Origin: Candidatus Gastranaerophilaceae bacterium
GTDB taxonomy: Bacteria; Cyanobacteriota; Vampirovibrionia; Gastranaerophilales; Gastranaerophilaceae
Reading direction: 5' to 3'
Assembly: GCA_035354275.1 (NCBI GenBank)
Contig: DAOQAU010000001.1
Span: forward strand, 42,377 to 106,376
Length of the DNA: 64,000 nucleotides
Below are positions 11,252 to 19,322 of this stretch, one piece after another. The notes beneath the pieces were generated by a model. That model had not been told where the DNA came from and made no database searches. It saw only the letters and a list, made by a program, of their open reading frames with translations. Each line of letters starts with the position of its first letter. The stretch's first letter is position 1. Position numbers and translations under genes: made by a program.

Positions 11252-12703
11252 ATGTCAGAAACAAATTTTATTTACACCAACCAAAACGGTGTGAGTGAGG
11301 CTTTATACAATAATTTTTTGTTTGTAGAAAATACAGCAAGACTTAAAAGCATTAAAAATTTTGAAAAAACAAAACTTTGCGTAATAAAAACGGATTTTGG
11401 CAAAAATGATTTAAAAACGATAGAAAAAATCAAATCGGAAAACCAAGACGTTGAATTTTGGATTTGTTCCAACAATTCTTCAAGAAAAAACATTTTAGCC
11501 GCAAACAAAATAGGAATAAATACCGTTCTTGCATGCCCTTTTGATATTTCAATGATTGAAGAATACCTTAACAGCCAACAATTTCCTTACTTAAATAACC
11601 TTTCCGAAAACAATTACAGCGGACTGGAAGGGCTTAAGGTGATGATAGTTGATGATAATGTAATGAACGTTGAACTTTTAGAAGAGGTTCTATCAGAGCT
11701 TAATTTAAGGATATCAAGTTTCACAAAGCCGGCTCAAGCAATGGAATTTGTATTAAGGGAAAAATTCGATTTATTTTTGCTTGATATTATGATGCCCGAA
11801 ATTTCGGGATTTGATTTGATTAAAATCATTAAAAAAACCCCGCTTAACCAAAATGCCCCGATTATTTTTATCAGCGCACTTTCTGACGCCCAAAACAAGA
11901 TAAAAAGTTATAATTTGGGGTCTTATGCTTATATCGAAAAGCCTTTTGACATAAACATAGTTAAATCACAAATTTATAACATTTTAAAAAATCATAAAAT
12001 TCAAGAAATTCTATCTTCCGACAAAGAAACTTTTCTTGCCACCGTAGCTCATGACCTAAAAACACCTATAAAGGCTGAAATTAATGCGCTAAATATGCTC
12101 TTAGACGACAAGTTTGATAAAATGGAAGTTGATAAACAGGAAATTCTTGAAGATATTTTAAGTTCAACACGCTTCATGCAAGATTTGGTGGAAAATCTGC
12201 TTTGCAAAAACAAGATTGAACAAGAAAAAATCAACCTGTGCAAAGATTTTTACTGCGTTAAAGAACTTGTTTTACACTGTATTGAATTGACAAAATATAT
12301 TTTATTGCCTAAAAAACAAAAAATTAATTTTAAATGCAAAACAGAAGAAACACTGCTATTTTTTGATTTTTTAGAAATGAAAAGGGCTCTTCACAACCTT
12401 ATTGCAAATGCCAGCGAATACTCAAGCGAAAAAGACGAAATTTTAGTAGAAATTTTTAAAGAAGGGAACAATTTGGGTCTTTCAGTACAGGATTTTGGCA
12501 GGGGCATAAAACTTGAACATCAAAAAGATGTTTTTTCACAGTACATGTCGCTTGCTAAACAGCAAAAAACAGTAGGTTCAGGCTTGGGGCTCTACATTAC
12601 AAAAAGCATTGTAGAAGCCCATCAAGGGGAAATTTTGCTCGACAGCAAAGTCGGCGAAGGTACAAAAATTACAATTATGCTTCCGATTTATACTAAAGTT
12701 TAA
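11252..12703 (+). CDS. Hybrid response regulator / sensor histidine kinase (N-terminal unknown domain, REC, HisKA, HATPase_c)
   Basis: REC signatures VMIVDDN and DLFLLDIMMPEISG. H-box FLATVAHDLKTPI. N-box HNLIANASEYS. G-boxes DFGRGI and GSGLGLY. Confidence 0.88.
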   Translation: MSETNFIYTNQNGVSEALYNNFLFVENTARLKSIKNFEKTKLCVIKTDFGKNDLKTIEKIKSENQDVEFWICSNNSSRKNILAANKIGINTVLACPFDISMIEEYLNSQQFPYLNNLSENNYSGLEGLKVMIVDDNVMNVELLEEVLSELNLRISSFTKPAQAMEFVLREKFDLFLLDIMMPEISGFDLIKIIKKTPLNQNAPIIFISALSDAQNKIKSYNLGSYAYIEKPFDINIVKSQIYNILKNHKIQEILSSDKETFLATVAHDLKTPIKAEINALNMLLDDKFDKMEVDKQEILEDILSSTRFMQDLVENLLCKNKIEQEKINLCKDFYCVKELVLHCIELTKYILLPKKQKINFKCKTEETLLFFDFLEMKRALHNLIANASEYSSEKDEILVEIFKEGNNLGLSVQDFGRGIKLEHQKDVFSQYMSLAKQQKTVGSGLGLYITKSIVEAHQGEILLDSKVGEGTKITIMLPIYTKV

Positions 12704-12788
12704 AAAATATTATTATTTCAGATACTGGTATAAATCTGAATAAATGTTAGAATACTGGTGGTTAATATTTCCACAGATAAGGAAAAGT

Positions 12789-13154
12789 ATGAAAAAACAA
12801 TTGCCGTATGAAAAAAATTCAAACTGTATTTTTAAACTGAATTCTGACAATATTTCCTCGAATTTGGTTTACAAACTTAAAAAAACATTCAAAAAACTCC
12901 CTAAAAATAAATCCGTTGCAATTAATTTACAAAACGTAGAATATGTTTGCTCGGAATTTTTAGAATTTTTAAAAGAATTTTCAAAAAAAAGAGAAATTTC
13001 ACTATTTAATATTCAAGCTGAAATTTCGGCTCTTTTTTACCTGACAAAATATGACAAATTCGCGCACATTTACCTTAACGATATAGACTTTTACGAACAA
13101 AAAAGAATGCTTTTGAACAGAAACTTTTCGATTTTAAATAACTTTAAGCAATAA
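12789..13154 (+). CDS. Hypothetical protein, possibly STAS-like (anti-sigma antagonist fold)
   Basis: The ATG at 12789 is preceded by AAGGAAAAG. The pattern VAINLQNVEYVCSEFLEFL...ISLFNIQAEISALFYLTKYDKF resembles STAS domains. This is a weak call from sequence pattern only. Confidence 0.4.
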   Translation: MKKQLPYEKNSNCIFKLNSDNISSNLVYKLKKTFKKLPKNKSVAINLQNVEYVCSEFLEFLKEFSKKREISLFNIQAEISALFYLTKYDKFAHIYLNDIDFYEQKRMLLNRNFSILNNFKQ

Positions 13155-13201
13155 TTAATTACAATTTGTTTTTATAAATATATAGACTTCAAGGGGTTGT
13201 T

Positions 13202-13924
13202 ATGTTCGATTTTGTACAAAAGTTTATATATTGGGTTTTGTCGTTGCAGGAAAAACGGTTAAAACACAAATTAGGCGGCAGTTTGAAACGTTCTTTTTCA
13301 AACTCTACTTCAAAAATTGTTTTTTCAAAATCAGACAGTCTTAAACTTAATTCTATGACTGAAAAGAACAAAGAAAGACTTGAAAAAGAAGTAAAAATAA
13401 TATTGAAACATTGCGAGAATAATCCCGATAAAGTTTTTGAGTTTATTGAGAAAAAAGGTACAAAAGTCCACAAAATTCCTTTTGCTCACAAAATTTTAAA
13501 ATTAATAGGCCTTGAAGAAGGGCTTGTTGCAAAGCTTAACGGAATAAAAGCTTTGTATTTAACCTCTGTGCTTGCTGTTTTAGGCAAAGAAAATAAAATC
13601 TCATTAACTACAAAACCAATGTTTGTCATGAGGGATTTGCCGCTAAATTCATATTACACAATTCAGCAATTTCACAAATGGTATGCAACAAAGCTTGATA
13701 TGCCTGGATTTGATGCAAAATCTCAGGAACATTTCCAAAAATATCTGGACAATATCAATGATGAAAGTATAAAAAGTTTGAGCATGGAAGAAATTATCGG
13801 ACTTAAAGAAGCTATTGCAAGAGACGTTGAGGCGATAAATTTTGTAATAAGCCTTGCGAAATCAACAGAAGGTGCAAAAAACGCCCTGAATAAAATGGCA
13901 ACCGAAAAAGGTGCATCTGTTTAA
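13202..13924 (+). CDS. Hypothetical protein (240 aa)
   Basis: Long ORF with an AAGGGG ribosome-binding site 6 nt upstream. I recognise no family. Confidence 0.5.
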   Translation: MFDFVQKFIYWVLSLQEKRLKHKLGGSLKRSFSNSTSKIVFSKSDSLKLNSMTEKNKERLEKEVKIILKHCENNPDKVFEFIEKKGTKVHKIPFAHKILKLIGLEEGLVAKLNGIKALYLTSVLAVLGKENKISLTTKPMFVMRDLPLNSYYTIQQFHKWYATKLDMPGFDAKSQEHFQKYLDNINDESIKSLSMEEIIGLKEAIARDVEAINFVISLAKSTEGAKNALNKMATEKGASV

Positions 13925-13950
13925 TTAAATAAAAATAATTACAAAACAAT

Positions 13951-14559
13951 CTACTCGTTTAAATATTTTGCAGCACAATCAAAACCGTTTCCTGAAGGAC
14001 ATTCTATTTCGGTTGGGGCCACCCAATAACCATAAGGGCATAATCTGTCGTAAATTCCATTACCATTACAATCATATATTATTGAAAAAACATCTTTACC
14101 CATGACATTAGGTGGCTTAAGCCCGTTAACATCTACTAAAAATCCGGCATTTGCTAGATCATATGCTATTGCAGTTCCATCTTTAAGAATACTTCCGACC
14201 TTTCCGTCATCAGAAACGTAAAATCCACCTGCTCCGTCAAGTGTTTTAACTTCTTCAACAAAGCAATTTCCGGCAATAGTTGAATTATCACATGATTTTA
14301 TTACCGACAAATATTGTTCAAAAGTTGATTGAAAATCTTCATTTGTTAATTCGGAACCTAGTTTTTTATAAAAATCCGGATCCTCACTTAAAACCTGAAT
14401 TGAAACCTGATTAAGAGTTGAATATGCTTTTTTCAAAGCCACTCTCAGCTCCTTCTCGTTAGTTCTGTTAATGACCATGGGGATTGTAAGAGCTGCAACC
14501 ACTCCTATAATAGCTAGCGTTATCAAAACTTCTGCCAATGTAAATCCTTTTTTTCTCAT
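13951..14559 (-). CDS. Type IV pilin / pseudopilin-like protein with a prepilin N-terminal methylation motif
   Basis: MRKKG|FTLAEVLITLAIIGVVAALTIP class III signal. Cys-rich globular C-terminus. The start is set at MRKKGF; the track ORF extends to 14607. Confidence 0.78.
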   Translation of the reverse strand: MRKKGFTLAEVLITLAIIGVVAALTIPMVINRTNEKELRVALKKAYSTLNQVSIQVLSEDPDFYKKLGSELTNEDFQSTFEQYLSVIKSCDNSTIAGNCFVEEVKTLDGAGGFYVSDDGKVGSILKDGTAIAYDLANAGFLVDVNGLKPPNVMGKDVFSIIYDCNGNGIYDRLCPYGYWVAPTEIECPSGNGFDCAAKYLNE

Positions 14560-14579
14560 ATAAAAATCCTTTCTGTAAA

Positions 14580-15323
14580 CTATACTCCGACGCTTAACCC
14601 CGCACATAAATTTATTGACTGTCCGGTGATTCCTCTTGCATCGTTTGAAAGCAAATAAGCAACCAATTTTGCCACTTCTTTGGGCTCGACAAATCTTCTT
14701 TGAGGAATCATATCAAGGGTTTCTTCAAGCGAAAAATCGCTTTTTTCGATTGATTTTTCACCCAAATCGGTCTGCACCCAGCCCGGATTTATTGTATTTA
14801 CGGTAATGTTGTGTTGTGCAAGTTCAAGCGCAAGGGCTTTGGTGAATCCTATAAGCCCTGATTTTGAACCCGAGTAAAGGCTCGCATAAGCCTCTCCCAT
14901 AACCCCGCTTATTGAGCCGATATTTACTATCCTACCCCATTTTTGAACTTTCATAAAAGGAACTGCCTTTGAACACAAAACAATAGGAGAAAGCAAATTA
15001 ACTTCAAAAATTTGTGAAATTTTCTCCCTGTCGGCATTTTCTATGTTCGCATATAAATATTCCCCGGCATTGTTTACCAGAACATTTATTTCATTTTTTT
15101 GTATGAAATTACCGAGTTTTTCAACCTCATTAGGTTTTGACAAGTCGCAGGCAATAAAATCTTTTACCCCGAGTTCCTGAGCAATTTTTGTTAAATTAGT
15201 TTCGTTTTTTGCACTTAAAAAAAGATTATACCCTAATGCCTTTAATTCTAAAGCAATTGCCCTTCCTATACCTCTGGATGCACCGGTTATGAGAACATTT
15301 TTATTCATTTCCACCACTTTCAA
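14580..15323 (-). CDS. SDR family oxidoreductase (FabG-like)
   Basis: TGASRGIG cofactor motif, NNAG, and the YSGSK catalytic Tyr-x3-Lys. The start could be MNKNV at 15308. Confidence 0.88.
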   Translation of the reverse strand: MKVVEMNKNVLITGASRGIGRAIALELKALGYNLFLSAKNETNLTKIAQELGVKDFIACDLSKPNEVEKLGNFIQKNEINVLVNNAGEYLYANIENADREKISQIFEVNLLSPIVLCSKAVPFMKVQKWGRIVNIGSISGVMGEAYASLYSGSKSGLIGFTKALALELAQHNITVNTINPGWVQTDLGEKSIEKSDFSLEETLDMIPQRRFVEPKEVAKLVAYLLSNDARGITGQSINLCAGLSVGV

Positions 15324-15630
15324 AATAAATCAGCAAAACAGTTTGGATTATTTTTCTTACAATCTGGCACTGAACATCTTCAGGCACATCTTTTATAATC
15401 TCAAAAGAAGTATGCAAGTCTATATTTGTATCATACCAACGCTTGCACTTGTATGTATAATTTTTTGAAATATTATTTATTTTTTCATCCAAATCAAAAT
15501 TGAAATCGTTTACTAAAATTTGCAAAATATCCTTTGCAATATCTCCCTGACGTTGCTCATCAAGGTTCTCAATAAACTCAAAAACATCCTTTAAATCAGG
15601 ATTTTTATCATACCACCTTACATGTTTCAT
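15301..15630 (-). CDS. Hypothetical protein with an internally duplicated RWYD module
   Basis: Two ~35-aa repeats: RWYDKNPDLKDVFEFIENLDEQRQGDIAKDILQIL and RWYDTNIDLHTSFEIIKDVPEDVQCQIVRKIIQTV. Confidence 0.55.
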   Translation of the reverse strand: MKHVRWYDKNPDLKDVFEFIENLDEQRQGDIAKDILQILVNDFNFDLDEKINNISKNYTYKCKRWYDTNIDLHTSFEIIKDVPEDVQCQIVRKIIQTVLLIYFESGGNE

Positions 15631-15678
15631 AAAAAATTTATACCATATAAGTGCGGTTTAATCAAAATATTAAAGTTT

Positions 15679-15918
15679 CTAAACTTCCAAAAAAAGTCTT
15701 TGCCCCACTATATTGGGTCTGCCATTATAATAACCGGCAAAATATCCCCCCTGAACCGGCTTGTTTTTTGCATATCCGGCATAACTTTTTGCCGTTGAAG
15801 AAGTTACAAAAGGATTAGAAAAAGGATTTGAATTTGAAACCGGACTAAGTGCCGTTGTTTTTTGCAAATTATTTGCAGAAAACGCCCTTGACAATAAATT
15901 TACGATGTTGGCAACCAT
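15679..15918 (-). CDS. Small hypothetical protein (79 aa, S/N/P/G/Y-rich)
   Basis: AAGGA ribosome-binding site 6 nt upstream of the ATG. Low-complexity sequence with NPF repeats and a GGYFAGYYNG tail. Confidence 0.4.
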   Translation of the reverse strand: MVANIVNLLSRAFSANNLQKTTALSPVSNSNPFSNPFVTSSTAKSYAGYAKNKPVQGGYFAGYYNGRPNIVGQRLFLEV

Positions 15919-16060
15919 AATTTTCCTTTCACTTTGGGATATTTCAAATATTAATGATAATTTAAAATAAGTCCATGTATATTATAGGTTTAAATTAACA
16001 AAAATTAAACTTTTTTCAAAAAAATCATATATCTTATGTACTGATTTTTTATTAATTTAC

Positions 16061-16099
16061 AAAAAAGTGCGGGATGTCATTGACATCCCGCACTTTTTT
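16061..16099. terminator. Rho-independent terminator (bidirectional shape)
   Basis: GTGCGGGATGTCA-T-TGACATCCCGCAC perfect 13-bp stem flanked by A6 and T6. It is downstream of the minus-strand gene ending at 16114. Confidence 0.85.
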
Positions 16100-16113
16100 A
16101 TATTTAAATTTAA

Positions 16114-16428
16114 CTAAGCTGCGATTGAACCTTTGATTTCACTGATAAGATATTTTGCAATCCAAGCAAAATCTTCATTATCGGCTGCCGCTTTTTTAAG
16201 GTATTCAACTGAAGCATCACCGATTCTGATAAGAGTCATAGCCACAACTCCTCTTTTTACGCCTTTAACCACTTGAAGCTGGCTGACTAATTCCGGAACA
16301 GCTTGTGCTCCGATGTTTACAAGCGTATTTTCAATTTGATTTTTAACATTATTATCTGCCTCTTCTAACTGAGAAAGGAAGTAATGTATCGGATTCATAT
16401 TTTCAATTTTGTTGATTATAGCTTGCAT
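16114..16428 (-). CDS. Small HEAT-repeat-like protein
   Basis: 104 aa helical repeats (GAQAVPELVSQL..., LIRIGDASVEYLKK) resembling PBS-lyase/HEAT repeats. Pattern-level call only. Confidence 0.5.
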   Translation of the reverse strand: MQAIINKIENMNPIHYFLSQLEEADNNVKNQIENTLVNIGAQAVPELVSQLQVVKGVKRGVVAMTLIRIGDASVEYLKKAAADNEDFAWIAKYLISEIKGSIAA

Positions 16429-16515
16429 ATTGTCTCCAAATGTTCTTTTACTTGTTATTATTATAGACGAAAAAGCAACCCGTTTCGGATTTCCTTACAT
16501 AATCTTAATATCGAA

Positions 16516-16642
16516 AAAAGTGAAGAGTGATGAGTGAGCAGTGAACGGAATATTTTTGAAATCTACAATTTCAAAATTATTCCGTGCCATCAATTTTATT
16601 TATCCTGCCCCTTCACTTTTCACTTCTCACCCTTCACTTTTC
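16516..16642. repeat. Inverted pair of heptamer tracts flanking the conserved GAAATCTACAATTTC hairpin
   Basis: Left arm AAAAGTGAAGAGTGATGAGTGAGCAGTGAACGG and right arm CCCCTTCACTTTTCACTTCTCACCCTTCACTTTTC are imperfect reverse complements. The central hairpin is at 16546-16584. Confidence 0.8.
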
Positions 16643-16764
16643 AAGACTACCCACTTATCTTATGGGCATGTAGTCTAAAAGGGGATTTTTTATCAAATAA
16701 AAACATTTAAACTTATCTTACAGTGGGATAAATTCCCGTACTCAAGATATTGGGAGTGATAATT

Positions 16765-17073
16765 ATGTTAATGGAAAATTGTCAAGCTGACTGTAGCAGG
16801 CATGGTCATATGGAATTAAAAAATGTTAACAAAGAAATTATTTCATGGCTTGAAGATGTAATTGACGAAAACAACAGTCGAGTTGAAAGGAAAGAATGGA
16901 AAAGTAAATATAACAGCTACGTTGTATATGATTACGAACCGTTCTGCGCCGAAGGCTTTGAAATAAATTTGTTAATAACATCCTACGACAGTGCTTATCT
17001 TAATTTTATCAAATACCTGTATGACGAAAAAATAAATACAATCCAATATTTAAACAATTGTATAGGCGTTTAG
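16765..17073 (+). CDS. Hypothetical protein (~102 aa)
   Basis: The ATG at 16765 is preceded by GGGAG. I recognise no family. Confidence 0.45.
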   Translation: MLMENCQADCSRHGHMELKNVNKEIISWLEDVIDENNSRVERKEWKSKYNSYVVYDYEPFCAEGFEINLLITSYDSAYLNFIKYLYDEKINTIQYLNNCIGV

Positions 17074-17083
17074 GTAAAAACTC

Positions 17084-17111
17084 AAAAAGGAGACCAATCG
17101 GTCTCCTTTTT
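17084..17111. terminator. Rho-independent terminator between convergent genes
   Basis: AAAAAGGAGACC-AATC-GGTCTCCTTTTT. Confidence 0.85.
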
Positions 17112-17135
17112 ATTGGGGTATTTGCGAATATTTTT

Positions 17136-17495
17136 TTAAGAAAAAGACATCAAAGCTTTAACAGAACGTGCTGTTTCTCTGACCTCGTCATCTTCGTGAT
17201 TATTTTCAGTATTTTCAAGAACACTGATTGCTTCTTCTTTATCCTTCAACTGTAAAAGTTCGTTAATTGTACTCATTGCAACGCTTGTACTCAAATCGTT
17301 AATTCCTTTTCCTTTTGAAGAAATTACAACTGCAAGCGAATCCTGATTGTTCTTTTTAATAAGTGCTTTAGCTGTAAGTCTTCTTACATCATCATTTTCG
17401 CAATTAGTGCCGACTCTTTCCAGAACATTAACCGATTGTACATCTTCATGCTTTGCAAGTGCTTCTATAATACTGTTTACTCTTTTATTTTCCAT
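17136..17495 (-). CDS. Small HEAT-repeat-like protein
   Basis: Repeated xDDxVRxxAxxAL helices: NDDVRRLTAKALIK and EDDEVRETARSVKAL. Confidence 0.5.
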   Translation of the reverse strand: MENKRVNSIIEALAKHEDVQSVNVLERVGTNCENDDVRRLTAKALIKKNNQDSLAVVISSKGKGINDLSTSVAMSTINELLQLKDKEEAISVLENTENNHEDDEVRETARSVKALMSFS

Positions 17496-17507
17496 ATTTT
17501 TCCCCTC

Positions 17508-17975
17508 TTAAATTGTAGCCAATTCGGCTTTAAGCATTTCTTCCAACTCCGAAACCGGTCGTTTTACAAGATTTGAAACCTTATAAGTGCCTGTAAAAGA
17601 CGGCATTTTTGATGTTATTTTGTTGCTTAATTTTGCCATATCAATGTGTATTTCTGATTGTTGAGCTTTTGTCCAAAAATCAGTCGCATTTTGTCTGATT
17701 CTGTTTCCGAAAGACACAACTGAATTCAACCTGGTACTTATTGCAGAGCTCAGGTTTGTTATTGAACCCACAACCGCACTGGACAACATTCTGCTCTTAT
17801 TTTTTGCTCTTTCTATAAGATTTACATTGTTGTTTTTTGTTTCAAATACATCCGCGGTTAAAACGTTTCCCTTAAAGCTTACACCAAAAGGATTGGTGTG
17901 ATTTTTGTCCACTTTTTTAACTGTAGTGGTTCTGAAAAAATTTTTTGAAATATTATTTATGCTCAATTTTTCCAT
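17508..17975 (-). CDS. Hypothetical protein carrying the shared polar N-terminal leader
   Basis: The start is set at MEKLSINNISKNFF...NPFGVSFKGN, with AAAGG upstream. The track ORF extends to 18026. Confidence 0.5.
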   Translation of the reverse strand: MEKLSINNISKNFFRTTTVKKVDKNHTNPFGVSFKGNVLTADVFETKNNNVNLIERAKNKSRMLSSAVVGSITNLSSAISTRLNSVVSFGNRIRQNATDFWTKAQQSEIHIDMAKLSNKITSKMPSFTGTYKVSNLVKRPVSELEEMLKAELATI

Positions 17976-18090
17976 TTCGATACCTTTCTTACTTAATAAC
18001 TGACTCAACAAGAACAAAGTTATCACAACAAGGCACCCAGTAAATCATCTTTTCGTAGGATAAGTATATAAAAAAGCTATACTAAGGTTG

Positions 18091-18178
18091 GGTGCTACGC
18101 ACGTAGACATTCTGTGTAGACCAATGAAAATGCCTTCGACTCATGTTTTTTGGATTTTTGCAAAGAATAACGCTGTGA
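18091..18178 (+). repeat. Dispersed ~80-bp repeat, copy B
   Basis: GGTGCTACGCACGTAGACATTCTGTGTAGACCAATGAAAATGCCTTCGACTCATGTTTTTTGG aligns with 10106-10190. Confidence 0.8.
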
Positions 18179-18205
18179 ATATACTTTTACTTCTTACCGC
18201 CCACT

Positions 18206-19060
18206 TCATTGAAAATTATTGGTAATCGTATAGATATATTCAAGAATTTGTGAGAAATATTCTAAATCGGAATTTCCGTTTAAAATCATATCAGCTTCGT
18301 TTCTGAAGGGCTTAATGTATTTTTCGCCTGCGATTTTAACGTATTCCCAGTGTTTTTGGGCATTACACTCGTCTTGATTTCTGCAAACAGCCCTTGACAT
18401 AAATCGTCTTTGTCTTTCCTGACAATCCGCTTCTATATAAATTTTGATGTCAAAAATTTCTTTAACATCCTTATACATAGTTGACATTCCTTCGACAACC
18501 ACTATTTTTTGAGCTTGTACAGGAATTGATTTTGGCACAGAAACACCTGTGCCGTTAAGCAAATACTGAGGAATTTTTATATCAAGACCTTTTGAAATAA
18601 TTTCCAAATCTTCTTTCAATAAATCAAGCTGAAAACTTTCCGGTGCATCGACGTCGTATCCGTTATCACGAAGAGTATCAAAATCTCCCCAACGGCTTAT
18701 TAAATCTGAAATATCGTTAAAATAATTATCGGAACTTATTATTGTAACGGGAAGGTTAAGTAAGGCTATTGTATCTTTTATTTTGTTGCATATTGTTGAC
18801 TTGCCGCAGGCTGATTCTCCCGTAATTCCGACCAAAATCTTTTTTTGAGGATTGTTTATAAGTCTTTTTGAAAACCTTGAAATAAAATCGGGTCTTACTT
18901 CAATAAAAATAGGCGTATGGTATTTTTTGTCATGGGCAAGAATTTGCTTAAACTTTGACTGAAGATAAAACGCCAGCAGCTCCCTGCCGGTTTTTTGATT
19001 AAAGTCGGGCTTTAAAATTTTATCTGAGGTATTATTTTCTTTTTCAATTAATGCTATCAT
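18206..19060 (-). CDS. Uridine kinase / phosphoribulokinase family (PF00485-like) P-loop kinase, paralog 1
   Basis: GITGESACGKST P-loop, SSDNYF, VVVEG, and the Udk-type order of motifs. It has a ~75 aa N-terminal extension. Confidence 0.7.
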   Translation of the reverse strand: MIALIEKENNTSDKILKPDFNQKTGRELLAFYLQSKFKQILAHDKKYHTPIFIEVRPDFISRFSKRLINNPQKKILVGITGESACGKSTICNKIKDTIALLNLPVTIISSDNYFNDISDLISRWGDFDTLRDNGYDVDAPESFQLDLLKEDLEIISKGLDIKIPQYLLNGTGVSVPKSIPVQAQKIVVVEGMSTMYKDVKEIFDIKIYIEADCQERQRRFMSRAVCRNQDECNAQKHWEYVKIAGEKYIKPFRNEADMILNGNSDLEYFSQILEYIYTITNNFQ

Positions 19061-19072
19061 TTCCCCTCATTT

Positions 19073-19145
19073 GTCATCCTGAAATTGTTTCAGGATCTCT
19101 CCAACTTACACCGCTGACGAGATGCTGAAATAAATTCAGCATGAC
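19073..19145. repeat. REP-like element of two inverted hairpin units
   Basis: GTCATCCTGAAATTGTTTCAGGATCTC and GAGATGCTGAAATAAATTCAGCATGAC. Each is a hairpin, and the second is approximately the reverse complement of the first. Confidence 0.75.
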
Positions 19146-19322
19146 GTTTAAATGTATATTTAAGTATAATAATACTTGTAAAAATAAAATTTGCTATAAA
19201 ATATAACAAATCTTAAAAACATTTACAATTTAAAAAAAATTATTGTAAAAATTTTCTAAAAAAATATCGACGTACAAGAATTTTTTTGTACGCCGATAAA
19301 ATTAATAATATCTAAATTTTTT

